A stretch of 63,190 nt of DNA, the filler included. It is 9 parts of 9 records of this genome, joined end to end, with 100 filler letters (N's around TTAATTAATTAA, not from the genome) between each part and the next. Parts side by side here need not be neighbours in the genome. Positions count along the whole stretch, not along the records: positions 21,884 to 34,335 come from SRR7504441_7610; positions 34,436 to 42,125 come from SRR7504441_7615; 7 more parts are not named here. One strand, given 5' to 3'. Positions 22,356-35,303 of this stretch are shown in pieces. Both the position numbers and the translations under genes were made by a program. The notes under the pieces were generated by a model. The model worked only from the letters and a program-made list of their open reading frames with translations. It made no database searches and was not told the DNA's origin. How positions within the stretch are numbered: the stretch's first letter is position 1; each line of letters begins with the position of its first letter.

Positions 22356-23921
22356 TCAGATATATCGTGGTGTCCGGGTCATCCAGGCGATGGAGCCACA
22401 TGAGAGCACCCAGCCACACGAGTAGGCCAGTCCGGCCGCCAGCAAAGACTTGTCGAGAATGTGCCCAGCGATCTGCGGATGGACCACCATCCCAAGCTTG
22501 GAGGAGGAGGAGGCCACTGAGAAGGCAGTGGTCCGAATGGCAGTCGGGAAGTGCTTGGGGGTGACGACATACATAATGGGCCATGTGCCTGCAAAGAAGA
22601 ATGCGTAGGCAAGGAAACTGATGCAGAAGATTGCTGGCTCGGGCGACCCTGCCACCACAACGGAAAACACAAACGAGGCAGCGCCGGTGCCCAGGATGTA
22701 TCCGATGAGCAGCTTGCTGTCGGACACCTTGCGTACCATCCACGAGGCCACCAGAAAACTTGCCGTGACCAGCAAACGTGCTGCAATCATCAATCCATAC
22801 GACACGTGCTCATACCCAAGCCTGCTAGCGATCTCGACCACCCACATGTACCAGCCGGAGCCGATCTGCGCGCCGAACCAGAGTCCCGAGGCGCACACCA
22901 GCGCCGAGAGCACCCCGGGGGTCCGCCAAGGCGACTCAGCCACTGGAGGAGGCTCGTCGGGAGCCATACATGCCAATTCGACCTCCACTCCCTTTTGTAT
23001 CTCAACCCCAACCAGCGTGATCGTCTCCTCCTCCGGACAGTCCTCGGTCTTGGCAACCGGGTCTACTTCCTCCTTCGCGGTGGAATCTGCCGGCTCAGGG
23101 ATCGGGGCATCGGCCTCGCTTGGTTCGCCTCTCATCCTGCGGACGATTGCCCAAGCCTCCTCAGTCCGGCCAACTGCCTGGAGGTACTGTGGGCTTTCCG
23201 GCACCGCGAGCATGAGCAGCATGGCCAGCACCGCTGGGGCTGCGGCGACGAGCACGAAGAGCCGCCAGTTTGGCATGAGCACAAAGGCCATCCCGCTAAT
23301 GATCAGCGCCCCCGCTTCATAGAAGAGCTGCCGCCGGCTGAGCCCGGGGCTGGCCCGGTCCGCACCTGGAGCAGGACCATGCACGTGTCTCTCTGAGCGG
23401 AGGGGAGTAGCTCGGCCACCATAGAGACCGCTAGGGGGAGGTTGCCTCCGATCCCAAGACCGGTTAAGACCCTCAGAACGATCTGTCCCGCCGGCTCAGC
23501 CCGGGAGGCAGGCAAAGGGTGTACCATGGTCTCAAAGTCCGGAGCGAACGCCGACATGGCCCCGAACACCACCGACATGCCCACTGAGACCATGAAGGCC
23601 GGTCGGCGCCCGAATTTGTCGCTGACTAGGCCGAACCCGATAGCCCCAATGGCCTGACCGGCGGCCGCGAACGATCCCAGGTGGCCTTGCTGGGCGGTGG
23701 TGAGGCCCCACTCCTCCTTGAGCCGCGGGAGCAGGAACGAGAGCACCGCGCCCTCAGAGCCGTCAGACATCCAACCGAGCCTGTACCCGGTCAGAGCGCG
23801 GCTGGCGCCCAGCGGACCCGCAGATGACGAAGACCCGGAGATGGAAGCTTCCGAAGGGCAGCTGGTCGATCGCCTGCTTGAGCCCGCTCCGCGGTGTCGG
23901 ACAGGGCTCGTTGCTTGCCAT
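22356..23921 (-). CDS. MFS transporter, SV2/SVOP-like
   Basis: GLVSDKFGRRPAF (motif A), GLGIGGNLP..VAELLP, PESPQYL and FPTAIRTTA. Three short introns. Confidence 0.88.
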
Positions 23922-24055
23922 GTTGCCTCGCTCCTCGACCTGGCCTCCCTCGAGACCGCGCTGACCACGCTGATGACTTGACCAGCCAGTTTGACTGCAG
24001 CTGGCTGCACGAAGAAGAGGCTGCTTCGTCTATCCGTCGCGATCGACTCAGCAGC

Positions 24056-24104
24056 AGGTCCCTAGACCCGTAGACCTGTCTATAGGTCCCTAGACCCGTA
24101 GACC
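24056..24104. repeat. 21-bp direct repeat AGGTCCCTAGACCCGTAGACC x2
   Basis: Copies at 24056-24076 and 24084-24104, upstream of the MFS gene. Confidence 0.85.
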
Positions 24105-24344
24105 CCACACAACTGTAGACTACATGCATGTACTCTATAATAGTACGAATAGTACCAGTACGATTATGCCATTCTCGAGAGTCTACACGATTTAGTCTTT
24201 ACTACACTCGTGGACGTGAGCTATCTGGTGAGGCGGGATAGCTGTATTAAAGCAATCTAGAAGTAATCGCACATAGAGGATGCAACTTTTACGTTGCTAC
24301 GTATAATCCGTCCATTCATGTGCAGCTCACAATCTTGACTTGTT

Positions 24345-27300
24345 TCAAGTGTCGTCATAGTGTTGTAAAGTTCGACCACCACTGCGCGCATCGTCTAGTT
24401 TAGCCGCCCCCTCACCCAAACCTTGAGGCCTCTCAGCGGTTGTATTAGGAGCATGGGATTGAGCGTACGCGTACGGCCTGCCGCTGTCGTGGTCCTTTGA
24501 CTGTTGGTGATGACTGTCTCGCACAGACGGTGGATCGCCGCCACGCTGGCTGCTGTGATGCTCATGCGATCCCCGGCCTGACCAACTAAGTCAGTTTGCC
24601 AGGCTCGCCAGCCGCATACCGCCACCGCCTCCATGTCGGCTGGCTGCCTGCATCGACGGTGGATCGCCACCACGCTGGCTGCTGTGATGCTCGTGCCTTC
24701 CACCACTGCTGTAGTGATGACTCGACGAATGCCCACCTGCTGCACACGGTTACCAGCAGGCCAGCAGCCACGATTACCTCGCTGCCAGTCCCCTCGCATT
24801 GACGGTGCATCCCCGCGCCTCTGGCTGCTGTGGTGGCTAGCGCCGCCGTATCGGCTGCCTGGCGGGCTCCCGTGTCTATTTGGGCTCCTGTCGTGTCGAT
24901 GAGGGCTTCTGTCGTATCGATGAGGACTCCGATCCGCGTGTCTGGCCGGGCTGCGATGCTGAGGCCGGTCGCTGTATCTGTTTGGGCTCTTTGCCCTTGG
25001 ACGTGCGGAATCCTGCACCGAGCATCAGCAACTCGAATGGAGGACAGATAAGGCACCTTGGATGTCGGAATTTCGCCCTCCTCAACTGGAGCCGCTGGCT
25101 TGTGCGAGGCCTCGCCTGGTGGGTGGACCGGTACGCCTCCTTGTCTCACCTCTTGCCTCTTCTTGAGCGGCCTGTCCTCCTTAGCATGCTGTGGCCGCTT
25201 GATTCCACGGCTCGCATCAGGCCGGCTGTGCGGATGGCGCATGTGTGACGGCGATGGCGAGCGCTTCCTGATCACCTTTCCGTGGACTGGCGCGCCGCTG
25301 GCATCAAATGCCGGCTTGACCTTGTGTGCAGCCTGGAGGGTATCTGCCCGCATTGCTACCTGAAACCAGTCACTAAGTTCTGCCCCTGGGCCAGTGATGC
25401 TCGCACCTTGGCTAGCTTCTTGCTCACCATGGCTTTTCGGCGAACATCCTTAACAGGCCCCAACTCCAGATTGTTCAGCTTCTTGTACATGTCTCGGGTT
25501 TGCTCCGGGTGCATCCCGCTCTCATTAGTCGCAACTTGCCAGAGCCCCAGTTCCAGATCGCCTGACGGGAAATTATAATGAAACTCGCGGCCCATTGTCT
25601 TGGGATTCTGGTTTTCTTTGATATAAATTCCAATGTGTTGCCCCAGCTCTGTCAAGGCTTTCTTGATCTTCTCTAACTTCTTGACTTTGTCCTCGTACGT
25701 GTATGATCTGACCAGCTTGGCTATCAAATTTTGACCAGTTGCATCCCCCATTAGGGAACCACATAGCTTTTGCAGCTTTTTGGCGCTGTAGGCAGGCTTC
25801 TGCACACAACCGAGTGTCAACTAACAAACTTGGGAGGTACGGCGGCTATCCTCACCTTTGCTGTCTTGCCATCTTTCTTTGAGGTGCGGTCCTTTGTCGA
25901 CTCTCGCTTCACCTGATAGTGCTACACTTCAGGCATCGACTAGGACCAGTGGTTCTGACCCCTGACACACTACCAGACAGGGCAGCGCCAACTATAGACG
26001 TAATCATTCATCACGCTCACCTTGATTTTGCCCACTCCAGCCCTGACCTTAGGTGGCTTGGGCGCTTTGGGCAGCTTGGGCGGCTTAGGCCGCTTAGGAG
26101 CTTTCGTGGGGGCTCGCCGGAGCTGTTCAACCATCTTTAGATACGGTTGGTTTGAATCAAACCCGCCACGTGCCACCTGAACACACTCTTAGCAACCTCA
26201 ATCGGCATTGCCAATCACCAGCAGGTCCAGAAGCAACTGCTTGGTCCTCCTCTCCAGCTTGTTCTTCGAAGCCAGTCGCGTCCGCTCGTCCTTGTCCTTG
26301 GAGCCTCTCTCGACAATTTTCTCTCGGAGACCAAGGCTGTCGTCATCACGAATGCTGTATTCCCATGATCCAAACCCATGCTTCCAGACACCAACCAGCA
26401 TCCGATCGTCATCGCGACTGCCCCAACCGCCCTCGATTGTGTCACTCCACTTTGGCTTTTCTGCACTACAGAACCTAAACTGCAGAGGGTCCTCCAACTG
26501 ACTCAGCTCCTTGTTCAGGCAGGTCAGCGCTGCAACTTTGTACAGAAGCTCAGGGGCGTTCACAGTGACACCGTCAATGGTTGCCTTTGGAGCTACCTTG
26601 CTCGCAGCCTTCTTCTCTGCGTCAGCTTTATCTCCATCTGCTATTGCAGAGAGCGGTTTGTTGTCATCATCGTCGTCCTGGTCATCCTTGCCCTCCACCC
26701 GTGTCTCTGGTGGGGCATCCACCGCCTGTCGACAGGCCTCGATCACTCGCTGGCCAAACTCTCGAGCTTCCGGCTCATAAACAATCAGTTCTTCAACCTT
26801 GGCATACAAAAGCATCTCCCGTATCCTTGCCAGGTCTCCATATTTAGTCATGGCATCCACGAATGCCTTTTTCTGTGGCCCGCTAAAGCCTTGGCGCTGC
26901 TGAGGCTTGCGCCGCTGCTTCGACAACTCTTTACCCTTTGCCTCTTCTTCCTTTGCCTCTTCTTCCTCTTTCTTGACCAATTCGGACGGATGCAGGATTC
27001 TCTCAAACTGCTGAGGCGCCTGCACGCTTTTGATCTGGGTCTTGAGCTCATTCCACGTGTCGTCTGCCTTTGGCTCCTCGACCGGATCTGGGACTGTCGA
27101 CACATCTGCAACTGCAAAAGCTGATAACAGATCTTCATTCGAAGATTGGGCGGCTCCTTCGAAATCGACGTCTTCTGCCCGGTTCAAGATGGCATCCAGG
27201 TCATTCTGTGGCTCTGGGTCGTCGTCGTTCTTCTTGAACAAGTCAGCAGCTCCAAATTTGGCCACTTCAGCCATCTCTTTCTGTGTAATTTTGTCGCTCT

Positions 27301-30300
27301 TTTGGTTGGCTCTGGAGATCACCAGGTGATTAAGTACCATTTTATTCTTGGCACGGTTGAGAATATCGTCCTCTACCGTGTCCTTCGTCGTGAGACGATA
27401 GATTCGGACTGTCTTTGTCTGCCCGATCCGATGGGCTCGCGACTGCGCCTGCAAATCGTTCTGTGGATTCCAATCAGAGTCATAGATGATGACAGTGTCT
27501 GCACTGGTCAGGTTGATCCCTAGGCCACCAGCTCTTGTTGAGAGCAAAAACACAAAATCTGGAGAATCAGGCGCGTTGAACTGCTCCATTGCACGCTGGC
27601 GCTGCAGGTGACTGGTGGAGCCGTCCAGCCGCTGGTGCTTCATTTGGCGTGCAGTTAAGTAGTCTGATAATATATCGAGCATTCGTACCATCTGTGAGAA
27701 TATGAGTACCCTGTGCCCGTCTTCCTTTAATCGGAGCAGCAGCTTGTCTAGTAGGGCTAGCTTGCCAGAAGCATGAATCATGGTATACACCTTGTTGTTT
27801 TCGGCCGGGTTTTCAGCATTGTCAAATAGATAAGGGTGGTTGCAGCATTTCTTGAGCTCCATGATGATATTTGACAGCGTGCTCTTGCCGGAGCCGAGCA
27901 CACCCTTGTTCAGCTCATCGAAGTTACGCTGCAGGATCCACTTATAGTACCGCCGCTGCATGGCGGACATCTCGACTCGCAAGATCTGCTCAATTTTGTT
28001 CGGCAGAGACTTTTCAACGTCCTTCTTCACTCGGCGGAGCATGTAATCCTTGAGCTTGGTGTGCAGCAGCCCGACAGTACGCTTGGCTTCTGCAGGATCG
28101 TCGGACCTAATGCCCTGAAACTCTTCTTCAAACTCCTCAAAGTCGTCGAAGTTCTTGCCATCCAGGAAGAAGAGCAGGCACCACAGCTCACGGAGAGAGT
28201 TCTGGAGCGGTGTGCCTGTGATGAGGATCCGGTGGTCGGTGCGAAACTCGTCCAGCGACTGAAACAGCTGGGATTGGTCGTTCTTGAGACGATGCGCCTA
28301 AGCAACAGCATGTAGTGAGCATGGCACCGAAAAGGGGTAGCAATCTGCACCTCATCGACAAGCAGTGCAGCCCACTTGATCTTAGATAGCGTGCTGGCAT
28401 CACGAATCGCATACTCGTAGGTCGTGACCATGGCATTAAACATCAGACTGTTTGACTTGCCATTGCCATAGAACTCGTGCTCCTGAATCTCCTTGCAGGC
28501 AGTCTTACTTCCTGAGTAGCTTATCACGTTCATCTCAGGACACCACTTGCCAAACTCCCGCAGCCAGGCACCCATTGTCGAGAGCGGAACAACCACCAGG
28601 AATGGACCTGGGATCTTGAGCTCGAACTGCAGACAGCCCAAGAAACTAATTGACTGGATTGTCTTGCCCAGACCCATTTCGTCAGCCAAGATGGGGCTTT
28701 TATGCTGATACCACTGCTTCAGCAGCCAGCTCACACCTACAACAGGCTGTTCAGGACAACACAGAGACATCATCATGCCTAGAAGCTGGTAGTCACGCAG
28801 CTCGCCTCCTTTGAGAAACGCGGGCTGCTCACTCAGCTCACTGTAGGTCGTGTCGCGCCGCACCTGACCAGACACCGTCTCAGCACACGGACACCCAGCA
28901 GGATAGCAATTTAAATCTGGGCAGCACCTTCTCCGGTCCACCAGCAGGGTGAACAGGCCTGTTACGCACTCGCTGCTTGTAGTTTTCAATCAGGGGGCTG
29001 AATTGTTGGATGTCCTCCTCTTCCTCCCAGGATATTTCATCGTAATCCAGACCACACCACTTGACCAGGTACTCATTACAACCCTGCAACAGCTCAACAC
29101 ACCGACCCGGCACAAGCCATCGACCTGAGGGTTGTGTGCAGTCGGCTTCTTGAATCGAGAGTCAAGGACTCGCTCCACAAGCACCCACTGTGCCTGGATC
29201 TCCCGGGCTTGCTGCATTCGAATATCGTGCTCCTCCTTTTCATCATAACCGAGCCTGCAGCAGGCCGTTAGCCGGCCTTAATGGGTCTGGCCTACTTGAA
29301 CGCCTCCTGCTGCAGCTTTTTGAGCTTCTTGAGATACGTAGCCACTTGCTGTTCTCCATCCACAAACAGCCGAAGCTCATGCTCAGTGTGGTACGAGTCG
29401 TGCAGGTGTGACCACAACTTCCATTTGACTTTGTACTCTCGGCGCAGCTCGCCCTCCGGATCCTTCACATCCCTGTGGTCCATCACCTTCTCCACCTGCA
29501 CTGCACGGTCAGCCTAGCCGAGCAGTTCGACTGCCTTGTCGCCATCCCGTTCCTGATTCCACTCGAGCTTGACGAAGTTATCTTCGAACACGTCACTGTC
29601 CACGTCGCTGCCTGCTTGGTTGAAGTCGTACAACCCGTCGTCGTCGCTCTCGAGCCTGGGATTCAGCTCAACACTCTCACAAAGGCCAGCGCTACGCACT
29701 TGCGCTTCTTTGCCTTGGCCTTGCCACCGGCACGAGCCTTCTTGCCCTTACTCTGCTTCCTGCACCGTCGGACCCACGAGTGAGCGGCTCAGCGCGCGGC
29801 GTGTCCGCGACCTTGAGGCTTTCTTGGGCGGCGGATCGCTGAAATCATCATCTTCCTCACTGCTAGATTCCGATTCTTCAGGCTCTTCCTGATAAGCTTG
29901 CTCGTCGTCAGAGTCCTCCTCCTCCTCCTCACCCGTATTAGGCTGGTCCGCCTGCAGGGCCTGTCAGAGAGCCGGCCCGCACGCTGTGGGGAGCAGTGAC
30001 CTGCTTCCTATCACGGCCCGATCTCCTTAGAAACTCTTCAGGGATTGAATTATCGACAGCAGCAGCTGCTCGGATCCTATCCTCCGCATCTGCGACCGCT
30101 GCCGAGTCAGTGCCAGTCGCGCACAGCTATGGCCTGGCCAGCTAGCGGCTTGCACAGCCCACACAGCCATAGGTGAACAATGGGTAGTGTGGCTGGGGAC
30201 CTTGAGACGGCTTGGAGGCGGGATTGCCCGTCGATGCTGGGGCCTTGGCCGCCTCACGATCGCTGTCGCTGCCCGACTCGCTCGATGAAGAAGAGCTTGA

Positions 30301-30704
30301 CGCCGAAGCTGCGCACCCTCCACCAATCAGTGTGTCGACACAGCCAGAGCATAGAGGGCCCGCCTTGAGGACCGCACCGGCCTGTTACAAATCTAACCAG
30401 CCAGGGCCAGACCCGCGAGCCGGCGCGCCCTAGCTGAGGAACAGCTGGGCGGCCAGCCCGGCGGCTCGAGCAGCTTGCGGGCAGACTAGTGGTTGGGCGT
30501 GTGGCGGACCTGAGCTCGAATCCGGTTGCTGCTCCGGGTCTGCCGGCTCCGACTCGGGGCTGTGCACACAGGCACAAATCAGACCCGAGCGACTGGCAGG
30601 CCGGTCCAAGCCCCAAGCCCAGCCAGGACACCGCGGCCGACTGGCGGCAAAGCAGGCTGAGGGGCGCACCCGGGGGGCTGTTGAGCCTCGGGCGGGTCTG
30701 CCAT
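24345..30704 (-). CDS. CHD1: CHD1/CHD2-type chromatin remodeller (tandem chromodomains, SNF2 ATPase, SANT/SLIDE-like region, C-terminal DUF4208-like domain, RS/H-rich tail)
   Basis: [78 protein letters not shown] and [10 protein letters not shown]. More than 15 short introns, including GC-AG 28737-28778 and 29496-29534. Termini approximate. Confidence 0.93.
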
Positions 30705-31062
30705 GCGCGCTAGGCGCCCGGCGTCCACATCCACTGGGCAGAGCAGCGCCTGCAACCACGCACCGGTCAGACCTGTGGTTCTCTCCGCCGGCCTCGGGGT
30801 CCGGCTTGCTGTGCTCCGAACGGCATCGATGCCGCAGAGCCCGGGGCCAGGCCGGGCCGGGCCGGGCCGGGTGCTAGGGGGGACTGGGGCAGGCTTGGGC
30901 AAGCCCGAGCCCGGGGATCCGGCTCGGAGCACCTGAGTCGCGAGGGTAAAAGCAGCCTCCGGAGTCGAAGAGCGGTGTGGTGCCCAGCTCCTCTCAGGCC
31001 GCCCAACGGAAATTATTCCAGCCACCCGGTCCCGCCAGAGTCCGAGCACTGGTCTCGCAGGC

Positions 31063-31929
31063 ATGGACCTGGAGATGTTCCAAATGGCCCGGTCGAGCGT
31101 GGCCGGGGCGGCGCTGGGGGGCGGGATCGCGTTCACAATCGGGTGCTCTCTGCTCGAGATTTCGACCAACCCAATGTTTGCCACTTTGTTCGGGGTGAGC
31201 CTGCTGCTGCTGGGCGCGATCGTACTGTGGCGGGCGCTGGCCCCGGACCTGCCACCCAGCCTGGGAGTGCGCCTGCTCACCGGCGCCTCGGCGCTCCTGG
31301 TGCGAGGCCCGGCGCCCCGGCCCGAGGGAAGCCCTGGGGGCTAGATTATGTCGGCGGGGCTGTTTTGCTATCGGCTCGAGGAAGGCTGGAACCCTTCGAC
31401 CGACCCGCCCGGGCGGAAAGTGCCCATGTATGTGGTGCTGAGCAGCGCGCTGAGCTACTCGATCTGCTTCACCATCGGGGACTTAGTGAACCAGGCAGCT
31501 TGGCCGGGCAGGCGGGGGCGAGCCAGGCCCAGGGGGTAGGCTACTGCAAGTGCTGTCAGGACAACGAGGAGGCCGTCACTCCAGTGGTGCGCGCCTCGTC
31601 GCGCTGGCAGCCGAACGGCAGGGCAGGTGAGCACACAGGGCCAGATGTATGTTCTCGCTATGGCTGGGCTTGGCGGGGGTGCACTGCTGGGAGGGCTTTT
31701 TGCGTTGCAAGACTTGGAGGATGCCACGCCCGTCGCGTTCATGGGCAAGGTGGGCAGGGGCAGCCGGCCGCAGGAGAGCAGCCCTGGGGTGCAGGAGAAC
31801 AGCGCGATGATTTGTGGTGCGCTGGTGGGGGCGGTGGCCGGAGCGGCGATCTTCAGACTGCGGGAGACCAGCTCTATCAGGATCCTGCCGTCCGAGTGGG
31901 AAGACGAGGAATCGTTCTCGCTTATGTAG
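31063..31929 (+). CDS. Multi-pass membrane protein of unknown function
   Basis: About six TM segments; LLEISTNPMFATLFG, KVPMYVVL and LFALQDLED. Four short introns. Confidence 0.7.
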
Positions 31930-32054
31930 CTATAAACCTACGTCCGAGTACGTATTAAAGTATACTCACAGTATTTACATTATGCCTCAGGTTATGTTAA
32001 TTGAACCTTCTCGAGCTTAATCGTATACACATACAGTACGAGTATCTTGATGAT

Positions 32055-34335
32055 CTAAATCGAGTCAAGCCCTTGACTGAGTTTGCTCGCCGCCTCGTCG
32101 CCGAGCAGCTCGCGGGCTTTACTCACTATCTGAGCCACAGAGAGACTCTTCTCCGCTTGCTTGTCCTCAATTAAGTTCTGTTGGCTCAGCTTGCCCTTGT
32201 TCTCACTCTCCAGCTTCTCTAGGAGCTGATTCTCTACCATCCCACGGCACCCACCGTTGGCCTTGCACTGGTTATTCTGGTTGACGCACATGAAGCCCAC
32301 TTGGTTCCTGTTGCTGAAGTTGTTATTCCTGGTGGACATGTAAGAGAAGGAGCCTGCCTTGTTCATCTTCATCGCGCCACCGTCAAAGTAAGGAGTCCGA
32401 GTCCCTTCCCGATCCATTGCGCCATTCAGCTTGGCGCAGTTGCGCGGATCTCGTTCGCGATCATTGTTCTTCCTAATCTCGCCGAGCTGAGCCAGAGTGA
32501 GGCATTGCTGTCCATTCTGTTTCATGTTTGCATGCTGGTTCAGGAAGGCCATCTTCATGATCGCAGCCTTGTCCGGCTGGCCTTGTGGCGTCCAGAACAT
32601 GCCCTTGTAGTTCTTGCCCAGATCCTTCCAGTTGGCCGAGGTGACCGACCCCGCCGGGTAATTGGTGCCGGCCGCCACCTCACCAGCATGCTGCCCGTTG
32701 TCAGTAGCCCCCAGCTGCGGCTGCTGCTGCGGCCTGCGCCTGCGCCTGTTCCGTGCTTTCCCGATGGGCGTCTTTGGCATCAAGTCCTGATCGACAAGGT
32801 TGCTCCGATCGGCCCGGCTGCCGCGATTTCTCCTGTTCTCAGCCAAATCGCCTGCGCCCTCAGCATCATTCGGGTTACGTCGCGGGTTGTAATCAGACCC
32901 CGTCCACTGGAAATGGACGTAGTCACCTTGGTTGATACACAGATCGTTGGGGACGAAATCGTATTCAACCGCTGGGTAGACCTGTACAATATTCCCCCTC
33001 TTGCCCCTCACTCCGAGGTTATAGACTTTAGCATTGGCCATGGCAGCCGGGCGCTGCCTGATTTCAAACACATACGACCGATCCTGGAACGTACGGCCGT
33101 ATTGGTTGGTGTTGACTGCCAGCGAGAGGAAAGTGGACTGGCCGTCATCGCCCAGCCCGAGGTAAGGATCCTGCACCACTGGGCTTGAGCCTGGCCTCCT
33201 CCTGCGCTCGTTGTCAGCCGAAGTCGCCTTTGGCGTGCCCTCGTTATCCCAAGCCCAGTAGTCGGAGGTCGAAATGTTGTACCGCAGCCGGAGCACGCAA
33301 TCCTTCTGAGCGTGGTCGGGAATCGTCCATATGTATCGGCTAGGATTGACACCATGAGGGATTGCCGGGTCGGGATTTGCAGTCTCGCGAGCATTACCCA
33401 GATGATTCTCGCGAGAGCTGCTCGACTTGCCATTGACGCAATCAACGGTCTTAGCGTCCTTGGGCTCATTGGCTTCCAGCCAGTCCTGGTCCTTAAGATC
33501 GGTCACCTCTGTCCACTGATCGCCAGACTTGCCGGATTCGGCCAGCAGCTGCCTGTTGGCCTGCCGCGTCTTGGGGTGGCTTGGGTCCCACCAGACCAGC
33601 TTGCGCACCTTGCCGTTCGGACAGCCGTCCTTATCCGTCCCGCCCGCCCCCGGTACGCACACCGAGCGAGGCTTGACATTGGCGCTCTCCCTCTTGTAGA
33701 ACTCGCAACGCTCAGGGTTGTTGGTGATGACTGCAATATCCCGCCAAGGCGACACGTCCCAGTATGGATAGTAGTCCCTCTCCTCCGGCACTTCAAGCCC
33801 TCGCCGGTTTCCATTTGGGTTCTGTCGAGTGGCGAGCGCCCCCTTCCTCCCTTGCACATTTTGATCGGCTGTGTATAGCCCACCGTTACGCGGCCTCTGC
33901 TTAGCGGCCTTGTAGTAATCAATCCCCTCGTGCATCCCGAACCGGCGGGTCTGAGGCGTGTTTGCCACCGCGGACTTGTCGTCCTCCTTTATCCTATCGG
34001 TGGCCGCATCGTTGTCGTCTTTGGGCGTCCCGTCACGCGGGGCGCCGACCTGTCCCTGTGGCCCGCGGTACTTCTTGGTCGGGTCGAGTGTGTCCTCGCA
34101 GGCGTACTGGAGCACGATCTCGCACCCGGTCATCGGGTTAGTCCCGCACCTGCCCACCCGCGTGAGCACCACCCGACATGCGGACGGCAAGCAGCCCGCT
34201 TACCCATGCTGGGCGGTCCACTCAACTGCGAGCTTGGAGCCGGTGTAGTAGTAGGTCTTGTCCACCTTGGTCTCCGGCCCGACCTGCGGCCGCGGGCACG
34301 CGTACCCGCCCTTGGCGTTGTTCTGAGAGTCGAAC
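32055..34335 (-). CDS. Protein DD3-3-like, 5'-truncated by contig edge
   Basis: FDSQNNAKGGY, WTAQHG|CG, PEERDYYPYW..SPWRDIA, CVLRLRYNIST, VNTNQYGRTFQDRS, GKRGNIVQVYPAVEYDFVP and STRNNNFSNR. Confidence 0.85.
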
Positions 34336-34484
34336 NNNNNNNNNNNNNNNNNNNNNNNNNNNNNNNNNNNNNNNNNNNNTTAATTAATTAANNNNNNNNN
34401 NNNNNNNNNNNNNNNNNNNNNNNNNNNNNNNNNNNGCACACCGCTGCAGGGGGCACACCGCTGCATGCAGGGCGAGGGGTGAGG

Positions 34485-35303
34485 ATGGGCAGGGGCCCGG
34501 CGGCCCTGCAGACGCTGGACCAGCTCAGTGCTGAGACCGCCGCCCGCGGTGCCCTGCTGGCCCGGGCCGAGCAGGCCGCAGCCGCACAGCCCAACTCGAC
34601 CCGCGCTTTCGAGGTTGCGCACGCCCGGCTCAGGCTCGCCCAGGCCGCGGCAGCCGAGGAGGTCGCCGAGCGGAACAGAGATGTAATGCGGCACCCAGCA
34701 CCACTGGCCCCGCCCAATCTGCACGAGCTGGCCCGCCGGCGCATGGGCCTCAAAAGCACGGGCGGTCCTCACGCGCTCACCGTTCCGATCAAAACCGCCA
34801 CCCCGGCCAAAACCCGGCGACAGAGCCTCGAGCCGGCGGTGCCGGAGCTGGACCCGGAGATCGCGGCCAAGATCGAGCGCGACAGCCGGCTGCAGCACGA
34901 GCTCCAGAGCTGTGCCAAGAGCAAGGCCAAGGGTGTAGCGGCCTGGATATCCAGTGTCAAGGGCGTGGCGGCTATGGAGCTGAACCGGCAGCAGGAGAAT
35001 GAACTTTACTTGGAGCGTGAGCTGTGTCGGCTCAAGGAGCTTGCCGAGCACGAAGACAATGTCCTTAGGCAGCAACAATTGGATGCGAAAGAGCAACAAC
35101 GTGAGCTGAGCCGTCAGAAGAGCAGAGCAAAGGAACTTGCAGAGCAGAAGACGGCTGAACTGGATAGACTGGTCAAGAAGGCGTTAACCGAGATGCGTGA
35201 ACGTGTAGCTCAAGGGACATTACTGCCGGGAGACGGACCTAACTTTGATCCAATGAGTCAAGTATCATCAATAATGGCACGTGAACAGTGTGAGCAGGGG
35301 TGA
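34485..35303 (+). CDS. Hypothetical coiled-coil protein
   Basis: Uninterrupted ORF with E/Q/R/K-rich heptads. Confidence 0.65.
   Translation: MGRGPAALQTLDQLSAETAARGALLARAEQAAAAQPNSTRAFEVAHARLRLAQAAAAEEVAERNRDVMRHPAPLAPPNLHELARRRMGLKSTGGPHALTVPIKTATPAKTRRQSLEPAVPELDPEIAAKIERDSRLQHELQSCAKSKAKGVAAWISSVKGVAAMELNRQQENELYLERELCRLKELAEHEDNVLRQQQLDAKEQQRELSRQKSRAKELAEQKTAELDRLVKKALTEMRERVAQGTLLPGDGPNFDPMSQVSSIMAREQCEQG

Noticed and set aside
24500-24960. Repeated DNA units at the CHD1 3' end
   Set aside because: They are coding low-complexity repeats ([20 protein letters not shown]) of the protein tail.
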